A stretch of 64,000 nt of DNA from Octopus sinensis (GCF_006345805.1 NC_043000.1:155372001-155436000); one strand, 5' to 3'. Positions 37,822 to 50,709 are shown, counted from the first letter of the stretch. The notes: generated from the sequence alone by a model not told the origin. Numbers and translations: made by a program.

Positions 37822-38620
37822 AGACGACGAGCTGGCAGAATCGTTAGCATGCCGGGTGAAATGCTTAGCGGTATTTCGTCTGCCGTTACGTTCTGAGTTC
37901 AAATTCCGCCGAGGTCGTCTTTGCCTTTCATCCTTTCGGGGCCGATTAAATAAGTACCAGTTACGCACTGGGGTCGATATAATCGACTTAACCCATTTGT
38001 CTGTCCTTGTTTGTCCCCTCTGTGTTTAGCCCCTTGTAGGTAGTAAAGAAATAGGTATTTCGTCTGCCGCTACGTTCTGAGTTCAAATTCTGCCAAGGTC
38101 GACTTTGCCTTTCATCCTTTCGGGGTCGATTAAATAAGTACCAGTTACACACTGGGGTCGATATAATCGACTTAATCCGTTTCACTGTCCTTGTTTGTCC
38201 CCTCTATGTTTAGCCCCTTGTGGGTAGTAAAGAAATAGGTATTTCATCTGCTGTTACGTTCTGATTTCAAATTCCGCCGATCTCGACTTTGCCTTTCATC
38301 CTTTCGGGGTCGATAAATTAAGTACCAGTTACGCACTGGGGTCGACGTAATCGATTTATCCCTTTGCCTGCCCTTGTTTTTCCGCTATATGCTTAACCCC
38401 TCGTGGGCAATAAAAAAATAAGAATCGTTAGCACGCTGGATGAAATGCTTAGCGGTATTTCGCCCGTCGCTACATTCTGTGTTCAAATTCCGCCGAAGTC
38501 GACTTTGCCATTCATCCGTTCAGAGTCGATAAATTAAGTACCAGTTACGTACTGGGGTCGATGTAATCGACTATCCACCCCACCCCCCCCACCAAATTTC
38601 AGGTCTTGTGCCTATAGTAG
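37822..38620 (+). mobile_element. Tandem array of four SINE family B units
   Basis: One unit with a head, two headless ~195-bp units joined at AATAGGTATTTC, and a fourth more diverged unit. Confidence 0.88.
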
Positions 38621-39640
38621 AAAGGATTTGACATCTCCTCAGGTTTAACTTTGCTCAAAGGTCGATAAAAATAAGCACCACGAGCATTCCGGGGGTCCTT
38701 TTAGTCTGATTCATCTGTCATACCCTTCAATGTACATTCAGTGACAAGAACATCATACTTCTCAGTTATATACTTCTTCCGCTATTTATAGCAGTAAACT
38801 GTGCCTCTGTAGTATTTAAAGTCTTACTGCTTATTGACAGTTAAGTATTTTTCCCGATGCGATGAAACCTCCATTAGCAGGCCAGCACCCTATTAACCTG
38901 ACCAGATGTAACTCTTTATCACCCGAAATAACATAGACTAAATACCGTTAAACGATTCTAATCTCTGTAAAATCGGCTATCTCAAGTAATAGAAATTCTT
39001 GGTTATCTTCTTTGATGAATACGTTTTTTCAAAAAAATATTCTGTTGCATTTTTATAACTTTTTCCTCTTCGTCTTGTTTGTCTGTATTCTTTTTATTTT
39101 ACTTTTAGTTTTTTCTTCGTATTTTTCTTTTATCATTTTTACACATCCACACACATCAAATGTGCGCGTATATACACACACATACATACACAGACAACCA
39201 GATAGACAGAAACACACGCACACACACACAAACACGCAAACACGCAAACACACGTAGATGCATACATACGCTTTTACCAAGACTGGATTCGGGAAACAAA
39301 GCACAAGTGTATCCCGAGCCTCATTAGTAAGGAAATTTCTACAGACTGTTATCACTGCAGTTGCTGGTGATTATATAAGCAGGAAACAAAACTAGAGACA
39401 CACATATATACATCTGTACATACATACATACATACATACATACATACATACATACATACACACAGGTACATCCAGAAACAAAAACAACCAGAACACAGTG
39501 CAGCAACTCAAATGCGAAATATGGATATATATATATATATGTATATATATGTATGTATGCATGTATGTATGTATGTATGTATGTATGTATGTATGTATGT
39601 ATGTATGTATGTATGTATGTATGTATGTATGTACGTATAT

Positions 39641-39990
39641 TACTCTTTACTCTTTTACTCTTTTACTTGTTTCAGTCATTTGACTGCGGCCACGCTGGAG
39701 CACCACCTTTAATCGAGCAACTCGACCCCGGGACTTATTCTTTGTAAGCCCAGTATTTATTCTATTGGTCTCTTTTGCCGAACCGCCAAGTGACGGGGAC
39801 ATAAACACACCAGCATCGGTTGTCAAGCAATGCTAGGGGGACAAACACAGACACACAAACATACACGCACACATATATATATATACATATATACGACGGG
39901 CTTCTTTCAGTTTCCGTCTACCAAATCCACTCACAAGGCTTTGGTCGGCCCGAGGCTATAGTAGAAGACACTTGCCCAAGGTGCCACGCA
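39641..39990 (-). mobile_element. SINE family A (head-truncated)
   Basis: Reverse complement of the family A body and tail. Confidence 0.88.
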
Positions 39991-40008
39991 TGTATATATA
40001 CATGCGTA

Positions 40009-40054
<46 letters not shown>

Positions 40055-40136
40055 TATATATAAATACATAGATATATATATATATACATATGTATATGTA
40101 GATATGTACATACGTATGTGTACATGTATGTGTGTG

Positions 40137-40169
<33 letters not shown>

Positions 40170-40269
40170 GCTGTACACATACAGGCTGTCTCATGCAGAC
40201 AAACATGCACACATATAAACGTGAAAACACACACATCCACACACACTCACATCCTTTCTCTCGCCTCAT

Positions 40270-40879
40270 CTTCATCATCATCACCACCACCACCGCCGCC
40301 ATTATCATCAGCCTCACAGTCGTTGTTGCGGTCGTCATCATCATCATCATCATCATAATCTACATTTTCATTATAATTATCACCACCACCACCACCACCA
40401 CCACCACCACCATCACCATCAAGGGATGAAGCACAAAGACGACTTCGGCGGATTTTTAAAGCCAAGCAAAATTCCTCAAGAATTTTTGCCGGCCGCTCTG
40501 ATGATTCTGCCAGCTCACCGCTGTATTTTTGTGTCAAAATGTTGGTTACAAGAAATTTCGGGATCGATAAAATCAGTACCAGTTGTGCACTAGGGTGGAG
40601 AAATCGACTGACCCGTTCTCCTTTATTGTTGGCCATGACCAATATTTAAAGCAATATTAACAGAAGCAGCAGCAGCAGCAGTAATTATTATTATTATTAT
40701 TATTATTATTATAGTAGTAGTAGTAGTAGTAGTAGTAATGGTGATGGTAGTGGTGTGGTGGTGGTGGGGGATATGGTGATTGTGGTGATAGTGGTGGTGG
40801 TGGTGGTGGTGGTGGTGGCGATAATTGGTGATGAGGGTTTTGGTGTCATGTAAATCATATACATATATATATAATATAG

Positions 40880-40953
<74 letters not shown>

Positions 40954-40960
40954 CCTCTGC
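40270..40960. repeat. Compound (CAT)n/(CAC)n/(ATT)n/(AGT)n/(GGT)n/(TA)n microsatellites with SINE B fragments at about 40420-40620
   Basis: Directly visible. Confidence 0.8.
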
Positions 40961-41572
40961 TTTGTATTAAGTTTGCAAGATTCATTATATAATTCATGTG
41001 TTGAAGCATAATTTGTGTCTGCGGAGTGTCATTCTGTTTTAATTCCTTATTAATTAACGCACTCACCGGTATATATATAATATATATATATATTATATAT
41101 ATATATAATATATATATATTATATATATATATATATTAAAAAAGGAGATGTCGAACACGAGTGGTGATATAATAAAAAGGAAATGAAGAAAATGCTGACA
41201 AATAATTGAAGTAATTTAAGTAATTTAATTAGGTGAAAGTTCTTTTTACCGGTTGCGCATTTGTTATGCTTATCAAAATATATATATAATATACACATTG
41301 TTGTGTCTGGGGAGAATCATTCTGTTTTAATGGTTTGTTAATTAACACACTCACCGGTTCGATTTCAACTCGTTTATCTTTTTTTTACAAAGTTTGCGTT
41401 GCTTCCTGCAACTTCTTCAATGGATGTTAACTCTGTCCATTATCGGAGCTATGTCCGTTTTGTTTGTTTGCTTGTGCATATGTTTGTGTATGTACGTATG
41501 TATGCATGCATGCATGAATGTATATATGTGTGTGTATGTATGTATGTATCTTTGTATGTGCGTGTGTATGTA

Positions 41573-41608
<36 letters not shown>

Positions 41609-41968
41609 TGTGGGTGTATTAAAACTGTAACTCCAAACTTACAGGGAAAAATTCAATTTAGTATTAAATGAACTTTCACAATATAAATATATATAAATTA
41701 GAGAGAAACCACTATTATGCAATTCAAACAATGATAGACATAAACCAAATCATAAATAAAAAATAAAATATATTTTAAAACGAATAACTAGATCACAAAA
41801 AGTACAAAAATGAATAAACAATATATAATAAGTAATAAGTAATGTTTTTTCTCAAATTTACATATATATATATATATATATGGATTTAACATCCTAATCT
41901 GGTTTATACGTGATTCGTGATTTCTAACGTTACTAACTTCCATATATTTTATATGTTTTAAGGTGTAT

Positions 41969-42354
41969 AGGCGCAGGAGTGGCTGTGTGGTAAGTAGCTT
42001 GCTAACCAACCACATAGATGCGGGTTCAGTCCCACTGCGTGGCATCTTGGGCAAGTGTCTTCTGCTATAGCCCCGGGCCGACCATTGCCTTGTGAGTGGA
42101 TTTGGTAGACGGAACTGAAGAAGCCCTGTCGTATATATGTATATATATATATGTGTGTTTTTGTGTGTCTGTGTTTGTCCCCCTAGCATTGCTTGACAAC
42201 CGATGCTGGTGTGTTTACATCCCCGTCACTTAGCGGTTCGGCAAAAGAGACCGATAGAATAAGTACTGGGCTTACAAAGAATAAGTCCCGGGGTCGATTT
42301 GCTCGACTAAAGGTAGTGCTGCAGCATGGCCACATTCAAATGACTAAAACAAGT
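41969..42354 (+). mobile_element. SINE family A, interrupted in its tail by a LINE; tail resumes at about 44679-44704
   Basis: Ends at TGACTAAAACAAGT. (GAGTAAA)n follows the LINE. Confidence 0.88.
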
Positions 42355-44678
42355 TAGTTAGTTAGTTAGTTAGTTAATTTGGCTCAAAAGCAAATAGCAA
42401 GGCCATGTGTTCATGTAAAGAGTTCAGGCCACTTGAGGTCCAGGGAGGCTTTGAACAAAGCGGTCGTCGGCATCTTCACCATCTCGTCTGGCAGCTTGTT
42501 CCACGGATCCGCAACCCGGACGGAGAAAGCTCCTCTCCTTCGATTGAGATGAAATCGTCGCAGGTAGAGCTTTTCGGAATGACCCCGCAGCCGACGCTCT
42601 GGAGCAGGAGTGAAGAACAGCTCTTTCGAGAGGTTACACTTCCCGCTTATGATGTTGTGGGCGAGAATGAGATCACCACGGCGGCGGCGTTTTTCAAGAG
42701 AATAAAGGTCGAGCGTCCTCAGCCTTTCTTCGTAGGACAAATTTTTGAGACCATGAACCATGCGGGTAGCCAGCCTCTGGACTCTTTCGAGGTGCTGTAT
42801 GTCTTTGAGGAGATAAGGAGAAGAGGCTTGAATCCCATACTCCAATATGGGTCTCACCAGCGTGACATAGAGTGGCAGGAAATGGCTGCTGTGAGCATTC
42901 CGAATGACCGTCGAATCAAAAACAGAATTCCGCGCGCGCTTTGTTGGCAGCATGGACGCACGGGGCCGAAGGCGAAAAGGAGGAATCCACCAAGATCCCA
43001 GGTCCTTTACCTGATCGGTCCTCTCCAGCAGCAGACGAACCCGGCTCGAAATCAAGTTGTTTTGCAGGAGTAGAGCCGACAGGCAGATGACAGCACTTTG
43101 ACACGTTCAGACACAGGTCCCAATCGTTAGACCACTTCCAAATTTGGTGGAGGCATCGACGAAGATCCTCTATACTACCGCGAGGAGCGACCAGTTTGAT
43201 ATCGTCGGCAAATAGAAGGGTGTGTTGCGTGAGGTCGTCGGGCAAGTCATTTATGAAGACTAAGAACACCAAGGGCCCAAGCACTGAACCTTGAGGCACG
43301 CCACTGCTCGCACTGGAGACGTCGGACCGCGAACCATTAACTGGACTTGGAAGGAGCGATCTGTGAGGAAGGCACCAACCCATCGTACAATATCCGGATG
43401 GAAACTATATGCTTGAAGCTTGACAAGTAGTAGGCGGTGGTTTACCGAGTCAAAAGCTTTGGCAAAGTCCAATAAAACGATGTCAACAGCATCACTATCA
43501 TCGAGGATGCGCGTCACCAATTCTTCCATTACTAGTAAGTTGGTCAAGCATGATCTCTTCGGCACGAACCGTGTTGGGAATCAGTGATCGAGGCTGTGTT
43601 TAGGAGGTGGAGCATCATACTTTTCTTAAGGATGGTTTCGTCGAACATCTTGCTGATTATTGATGTAAGGGAAACCGGTCGGTAGTTAAGCGGGTCTTCG
43701 CGGCTCCCTTTCTGGAAAATTGGGCAGATTATCGCTGTTCTCCAGTCTGCAGGTATACACCCGTCGCCAATGACATATTGAATAGTCGTGTTAAGGGCTC
43801 GCAGATGACCGGAGCCAACGCTTTGATAACCCGTGGGTGTATGCCGTCAGGGACGTGACCCTTGTTGACATCGAGGCCTTGAATAACACGTTTGACTTGG
43901 TCCCGCGTGATGATCAATCGAAGCATTGGAGGTACCGATCTATCAAATGGAGGGGGTTCACGACCATCATCTTGTTTGAAAATAGTTGAAAAAGCCTCGG
44001 CAAATAATTGACTCAGTTGATAAGGGTCCTCAATCGATACGCCTGTTGAGTCTACCAACGTTGCAATCTGGTTGTTCAAGCGGGAAATCCGCTGGACATG
44101 GGCAAAGAAGGTTTTTGGATTGCTACTGGCATTTGCCGCGATTTTGTATTCATAACTGAAACGTTCTTTCTTTTCATTTTCACGGCTCGGTCTCGGTTGT
44201 TGAGTTTTGTACACCTCAAAAGCTGCAGTCGAATCCAGATTTTTGAATTCAGCCCAAGCAATATCTGAGTCGACGTTCTCGTTTAAACCTTCTTCGTCAC
44301 CCAGGGCTTGTGTTTCTTCCTCTTGGGAAGCCCAACGGGAACTGCCTGGTCAGTCAAACAGATTACATATGCTTTGAGGGATGACCATAGTTCGTCAACT
44401 GAGGACAACGTCATCAGGGAACGCCAGTCCAGAAGCGCGGAAGCCTCGGTTAGAATTTCAAGATTAATTGCAGAGAAGACTCTACGTGGCAGCGAAGTAA
44501 TCGTGGGCGTGGAAAAAGTTGTGTGCATGACGAACTTCAGGACCGCATGATCACTCTTGGCAAGAGGGGCGCACACAGATACGTCTGACACTGATCTTGG
44601 ATAGCGGGAGAATACCAGATCTAGCATAGATGGCTGCTGCCCAGACCGATGCCTTGTCGGATATTCAATATGTTGCGA
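42355..44678 (-). mobile_element. CR1-type LINE with (TAAC)n tail, second copy, longer at the 5' end
   Basis: APE C-terminus QHIEYPTR...LDLVFS...SDH, RT GVPQG and FADD, LYSLEKRRRRGDL. High identity to 7852-9812. Confidence 0.92.
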
Positions 44679-44985
44679 GAGTAAAGAGTAAAGAGTAAAG
44701 AGTATGTTGCTGCCTATTTAAACGACTTGTGTATTTTCTTGTCTTGATTATTTGTAACTTTGACACATTGATTAGGTATACTTTCAAAAGACCCAGCAAT
44801 GAAGCTTAAGCAGTGAAAGATCCTAAATTGTTCAATTCGCAGGTCTACTGCGTGTTCATTTCCTCTGCACGTAACGGACAAAATAATAATTGTTACAAAT
44901 TAAGATACATGATCAGTAGTTTTGAGTCGTGAGGTAAGTAGATATTATCGACATGACGACTTGACTCTCTCTCTCTCTCTCTCTC

Positions 44986-45366
44986 TTTTACTCTTTTACT
45001 TGTTTCAGTCAGTTGACTGCGGCCATGCTGGAGTACCGTCTTTAGTCGAGCAACTCGACCCCGGGACTTATTCTTTGTAAGCCCAGTACTTATTCTATCG
45101 GTTCTTTTGCCGAACCGCTAAGTAGCACCAGCATCGGTTGTCAAGCAATGCCAGGCGGACAAACACGCACACAAACATACAAGCACATACATATATATAT
45201 ATATACATATATACGACGGGCTTCTTTCAGTTTCCGTCTACCGAATCCACTCACAAGGCTTTGGTCGGCCCGAGGCTATAGTAGAAGACACTTGCCCAAG
45301 GTGCCACGCAGTGGGACTGAACCCGGAACCATGTGATTGGGCAGCAAGCTACTTACCACACAGCCA
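44986..45366 (-). mobile_element. SINE family A
   Basis: Reverse complement of the consensus. Confidence 0.88.
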
Positions 45367-45394
45367 CATCCTGATTGATATCTTATTTTATAAA

Positions 45395-45728
45395 ATCTGA
45401 AATGATGAAAGGCAGGTTGACTTTAGTCGATTTTGAACACAGGGCGTAAAGATCCGAAACTAATACCACTCCACACTTTGCATGAAGCCCTGCCGATGAT
45501 AAGAAAGAAAAAAATGTTTCTAATTTTGTCGCAAAGCCAGCAACATCGAGAAGATGTCGATTACATTGCCACCAGTGCTCAACTTCTCAAGTGTTACTTA
45601 CTATATCTACCCCGAAAGGATGAAATGCAAAGTCGACATCGACGGAATTTGAACTCAGAACGTGCAGACAGTCAAAATGCTGCTAAGCATTTTCCCGGCG
45701 TGCTAACAAATCTGCCAGCTTGCCGCCT
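45395..45728 (-). mobile_element. Two partial, diverged SINE family B copies
   Basis: GAAAGGATGAAA..CAAAGTCGAC ... TCTGCCAGCT.GCCGCCT. Confidence 0.65.
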
Positions 45729-45729
45729 G

Positions 45730-45766
45730 AATAATAATAATAACAGCAATAATAATAATAATAATA

Positions 45767-45801
<35 letters not shown>

Positions 45802-46035
45802 TAATAATAATGTAGAGGAAGAGGAAGAATGAGGAGGATGAAGAGGATGGAATTGTTTTTGTTGTTGTTATTGTTGATGTGGTGGTGGTGCTGGTGCTGG
45901 TGGTGCTAGTGCTGGTGGTGGCGGTGGTGGTGGTGGTGGCGGTGGCGGCTGTGGTGGTGGTGGTGACGAAGATGTGGTGGTAATGAAGAAGAAGAAGAAG
46001 AAGAAGAAGAAGAAGAAGAGAAGAAGAAGAAGAAG
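45730..46035. repeat. (AAT)n, (GGT)n and (GAA)n microsatellites
   Basis: Directly visible. Confidence 0.95.
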
Positions 46036-46562
46036 AAGAAGAAGAAGAAGAAGAATCTGTTTTAGGTGATTTAACTATACTGTGGACGATAGAGGTTAGG
46101 TGATAGTAACACGCAAGAAATGTCTGGCGAAACCGTACAGATCCATCTTATGATTATGTTGGAAACGAGAGTGACGTCAATAATGACGTCAGTCATTGCA
46201 TCTCCAGACTCGAGATCTTGTCAGCGTGGTATTTTGAGAAGAATATGGCTGGTGCCCGGTGCGCAGTGTGCTACCAAGATCTCATTGAATCATTAACGCT
46301 AATTAATAAGCGCGAACTTAAACAATTTACTATATACATACATTGTCTCAGTCATTCAGCATTATCATATATACGACAGCATTTATATGTTATTTATAAT
46401 TACGCTCGCTTTCTCTCTCTCTCTCACATATACACAGATACAGATATTTCCCTACCAAACTTTTTCAATTATCATTCAACAGTTCAATCTCCACCCTTTA
46501 TATAACTCTCTATATATATAGATACGCGCACGCACACACACATGCAAACAAACGCGGTTCAT

Positions 46563-46714
46563 CTGTGTGGTAAGTAGCTTGCTAACCAACCACATGGTTC
46601 TGGGTTCAGTCCCACTGCGTGGCATCTTGGGCAAGTGTCTTCTGCTATAGCCCCGGGCCAACCAATGCCTTGTGAGTGGATTTGGTAGACGGAAACTGAA
46701 AGAAGCCTGTCGTA

Positions 46715-46800
<86 letters not shown>

Positions 46801-47033
46801 TTGTGTGTGTGTTTGTGTGTGTGTGTGTGTTTGTGCTCCTAGCATTGCTTCGCAACCGATGCTGGTGTGTTTACGTCCCCGTCACTTAGTGGTTCGGCAA
46901 AAGAAACCGATAGAATAAGTACTGGGCTTACAAAGAATAAGTGCCGGGGTCGATTTGCTCGACTAAAGGCGGTGCTCCAGTATGGCCACAGTCAAATGAC
47001 TGAAACAAGTAAAAGAGTAAAAGAGTAAAGAGT
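46563..47033 (+). mobile_element. SINE family A
   Basis: Consensus body with an expanded central TA/TG tract. Confidence 0.88.
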
Positions 47034-47575
47034 ATATATATAGGCTGTCTTAAGGATAGCACGTATCCTATCTCTCTCTTGTATCTTTTCTCTTGTCAAA
47101 GAAAATATTTCTTCCAGCGTTCACTATTTTACCCTCATTCTGGCCTAACGACCCTCCATGTTTGTTTTCGTTCGGTTTCCCTGTATATCTCCACTGTACT
47201 GTTTTTGTTCCCAACTTTGACCCTCCATAAATCCCAGATTATATTTTAGCTATTATGGGAGCAACTGTTTCCGAAGACTGATATTGTCGTTCAATGCTCG
47301 AAATGGGGCGTAGATAGACAGCCGACAACTGATGAAGGGTCGTTCTTTATGTTACTTGTCCTATTTTCCATTTGTTTCTCTCGTTGTTTGCGTATTGAAC
47401 TAATTTGCTTTCGTATTTCATGTTGTTTCTCGGTTCCTACGTAGCGTCCATGTTGAAGTGGTGAGAAACATTACTTCTGAGTATAGTTACTGCTCTCATC
47501 TCTTATAGACATCTTTGAACTATCTACTTTGCTTGTTGTAATCAGTTACTTGTTGTCACTTATTTATATAAATAT

Positions 47576-47956
47576 ACTAGCAGTATCGCCCGGCGTAGCT
47601 CGGGTTTGTAAGGGAAATAACTATATAAGCATTTTTAGAGAGTTATAGCCAAAAAATGCATTAAAAATGGAAAAAAAATTGTGGTAAATTTTTTTTTAAA
47701 TCGTTGACTCATCGTAGACATTTTTAGAGAGTTACTTCCCTTACATTTAAAAAATATGCATTAAAATGGAAAAATGATGGTACATTATTTTTAAAATCGT
47801 AGACTCATCGTAGACGCGCGCTAATACCCAGAAAGGCTCCGATATGAATCACGACTATAAGATACCCGGTTTTGGTTAAACTGCACCGCAAAATGTGGGA
47901 GTAGTTAGGAATCTAAATCGTAGGAGACACACAACTTGACTTTTATATATAAAGAT
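47576..47956 (+). mobile_element. Non-autonomous Helitron/Helentron-like element
   Basis: 5' ACTAGCAGTATCGCCCGGCGTAGCTCGGG with a subterminal hairpin, an internal ~90-bp duplication and a 3' TTTTATATATAAAGAT end. This resembles Lep1/DINE-1-type termini. Confidence 0.5.
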
Positions 47957-48310
47957 ATTGCGAGCTGGGCGAACTACTACTTCTAGCGGACAAATATCCA
48001 CCACTGAGGATGAGCGCAAATAGCTCGAAACCGTACTGTTTGGTGATCCCGTCGTCGAAAGATAGGTGTTTACTTCCCTGCTTGTAATATATATCGGGTG
48101 CAGATTACATCGACTAACCAGCTGGGGGAGGTGTCCTCCTAGGGGTTAAAATAGTTGTAACGTTGGTTCGTACGAAATAGCCATGTTGAAGTGATGATAA
48201 ACATTACTTCACACTATAGTTACAACTTTCATCTCTTATAAAGATTTTCTGACTTGCTAATATACATGCATATACATATACAATTCCCGACGATGCGTTG
48301 TGTCTTTCTT

Positions 48311-48756
48311 TTACTCTCTCTCTCTTTTACTTGTTTCAGTCATTTTGACTGCGGCCATGCTGGAGCACCGCCTTTAGTCGAGCGAATCGACCCCGGGACT
48401 TATTCTTTGTAAGCCCAGTACTTATTCTATCGGGATCTTTTGCCGAACCGCTAAGTGACGGGGACGTAAACACACCAGCATCGGTTGTCAAGCAATGCTA
48501 GGGGGACAAACACAGACACACAAACACACATACATATATATACATATATATATATACATATATATATATACATATATATATATACATATATACGAAGGGC
48601 TTCTTTCAGTTTCCGTCTACCAAATCCACTCACAAGGCTTTGGTCGGCCCGGGGCTATAGCAGAAGACACTTGCCCAAGTTGCCTCGCAGTGGGACTGAA
48701 CCCGGAACCATGTAGTTGGTTAGCAAGCTACTTACCACACAGCCACTCCTGCGCCT
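48311..48756 (-). mobile_element. SINE family A, full length
   Basis: Reverse complement of the consensus. Confidence 0.9.
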
Positions 48757-48774
48757 TTAAGCAAGATACTTTAT

Positions 48775-48986
48775 TTCAGGTAGCTCTAGTGCACTCAGCT
48801 GGCAAGAATGAGCGATATCTGTATTTCAAAGGGGCCAGCCTTGTCATATATGTATCCCGCTAAGTCCTCCTGAGAACTATATTAACGGTACACTTGTTTG
48901 TGGAGTACTTGCACGGTAATTTCAGGAGCAGGCAACTCCGTTGATCGGACCAACTGGAAGCGTCATCGTCGTAACCGGCGGAGTGC
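48775..48986 (+). mobile_element. Diverged SINE fragment carrying the family C type-2 tail
   Basis: CTGTATTTCAAAGGGGCCAGCCTTGTCA ... GTCGTAACCGGCGGAGTGC matches the tail of 36086-36474. Confidence 0.65.
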
Positions 48987-49005
48987 ATAGGTATTGAGAT
49001 GTATA

Positions 49006-49230
49006 AGGCGGCGAGCTGGCAGAATCGTTAGCACGCCGGACGAGATGCTTAGCGGTATTTCGTCTGCCGCTACGTTCTGAGCTCAAATTCCGCCGAGGTC
49101 GACTTTGCCTTTCATCCTTTCGGAGTCAATAAAATAAATACCAGTTACGCACTGGGGTCGATATAATCGACTAAATCCGTTTATTCTGTCCCTGTTTGTC
49201 CTCTCTGTGTTTAGCCCCTTGTGGGCAGTA
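49006..49230 (+). mobile_element. SINE family B with TSD
   Basis: ATAGGTATTGAGAT at 48987-49000 and 49231-49244. Confidence 0.88.
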
Positions 49231-49522
49231 ATAGGTATTGAGATATACAATGTACAGCAGTAACCTTTCTCTTATCTTTGACTGGTTTCAGCCAGAGGCT
49301 GAGTGCACACCGGAGCGCCACCTTTCAGTGTTTTGGGGGTTTTCTTTTCTGTACAGTTGTCTTTGGGGAAATAGCAATGGTGATAGAGCTTTTCTTCTTT
49401 GTGCCTTCTGCCGCTAAAAGTGTTCATCAAGTATGTGAAATAAAAATTTGTTCAGACACTCTTTGAAAACCTTCACATATGCGCCTGGCAAATCTCTGAA
49501 GTTGTTTGGTAAAATGTTGAAC

Positions 49523-50310
49523 AGGCGCAGGAGTGAGTGTGTGGTAAGTAGCTTGCTTACCAGCCACATGGCTCCGGGTTCAGTCCCACTGCGTGGCATC
49601 TTGGGCAAGTGTCTTCTGCTATAGCCCCGGGCCGACCAATTCCTTGTGAGTGGATTTGGTAGACGGAAACTGAAAGAAGCCTGTCGTATATATGTTTGTG
49701 TGTCTGTGTTTGTCACCCTAGCATTGCTTGACAACCAATGCTGGTGTGTTTATGTCACTTAGCGGTTCGGCAAAAGAGACCGATAGAATAAGTACTGGGC
49801 TTCCAAGAAATAAGTCCCGGGGTCGATTTGCTCGACTAAAGGCGGTGCTCCAGCATGGCCGCAGTCAAATGACTGAAACAAATAAAAGAGTAAAAGAGTA
49901 GGCGCAGGAGAGGCCGTGTGGTAAGTAGCTTGCTTACCAACCACATGGTTCCTGGTTCATTCCCATTGCGTCGCACCTTGGGCAAGTGTTTTCTACTATA
50001 GCCTCGGGCCGACCAAAGCCTTGTGAGTGGATTTGACAGAGGGATACTGAAAGAAGCCCGTCGTATATATGTATATGTATGTGTGTGTGTATGTTTATGT
50101 GTCTTTGTTTGTTCCCCACCCCCACCATCGCTTGACAACCGATGCTGGTGTGTTATGTCCCCGTAACTTGGCGGTTCGGCAAAAGAGACCGATAGAATAA
50201 GTACTAGGCTTACAAAGAATATGTCCTGGAGTCGATTTATTGGACTAAAGGCGGTGCTCCAGCATGGCCGCAGTCAAATGACTGAAACAAGTAAAAGGGA
50301 GAGTAAAAAA
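49523..50310 (+). mobile_element. Two adjacent SINE family A copies (49523-49899, 49900-50310)
   Basis: The second head begins directly after the tail of the first. Confidence 0.9.
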
Positions 50311-50709
50311 TAGTCGCGGTCCCTTCAGTACTGGTTTTTTTTTTTATTCCAGACGAAGAAGTGGTGTAGCTTTCAGTTCTAAAGTTGGGACCTAGACATT
50401 CCAGAATCTCCCATATGTATATTACTGCATATCTTTCACAACTTTTCTCTAGGAAGTCGAGCTTCTGTTCTTTTAGTCTCTCCCAGTAGCTCGTCTGATT
50501 CCCCGACCCAATCTTTTTCGTGTATTGGCGCTAGAATGCCTCAATTCCGCCACCAGTTTGACGCTCTGCGGCAACAACAGCTGAGAGTAGCAATCCAGAT
50601 GATTGAGAAGGAAAGTTCTCCATAGGAATAGCCTAGTATCCTTTCTCCTGGTTCTGAATGATCTAAGAACCCATCCAGCTACTTGCTTGCACAGTGTTAC
50701 CCTCTCAGT

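Noticed and set aside
37822-38620. Regularly spaced repeats resembling a CRISPR array
   Set aside because: The units are ~195-bp SINE bodies with no unique spacers, there are no cas genes, and the context is eukaryotic.
47329-47345. CTGATGA as a hammerhead core
   Set aside because: No stem II or GAAA follows.
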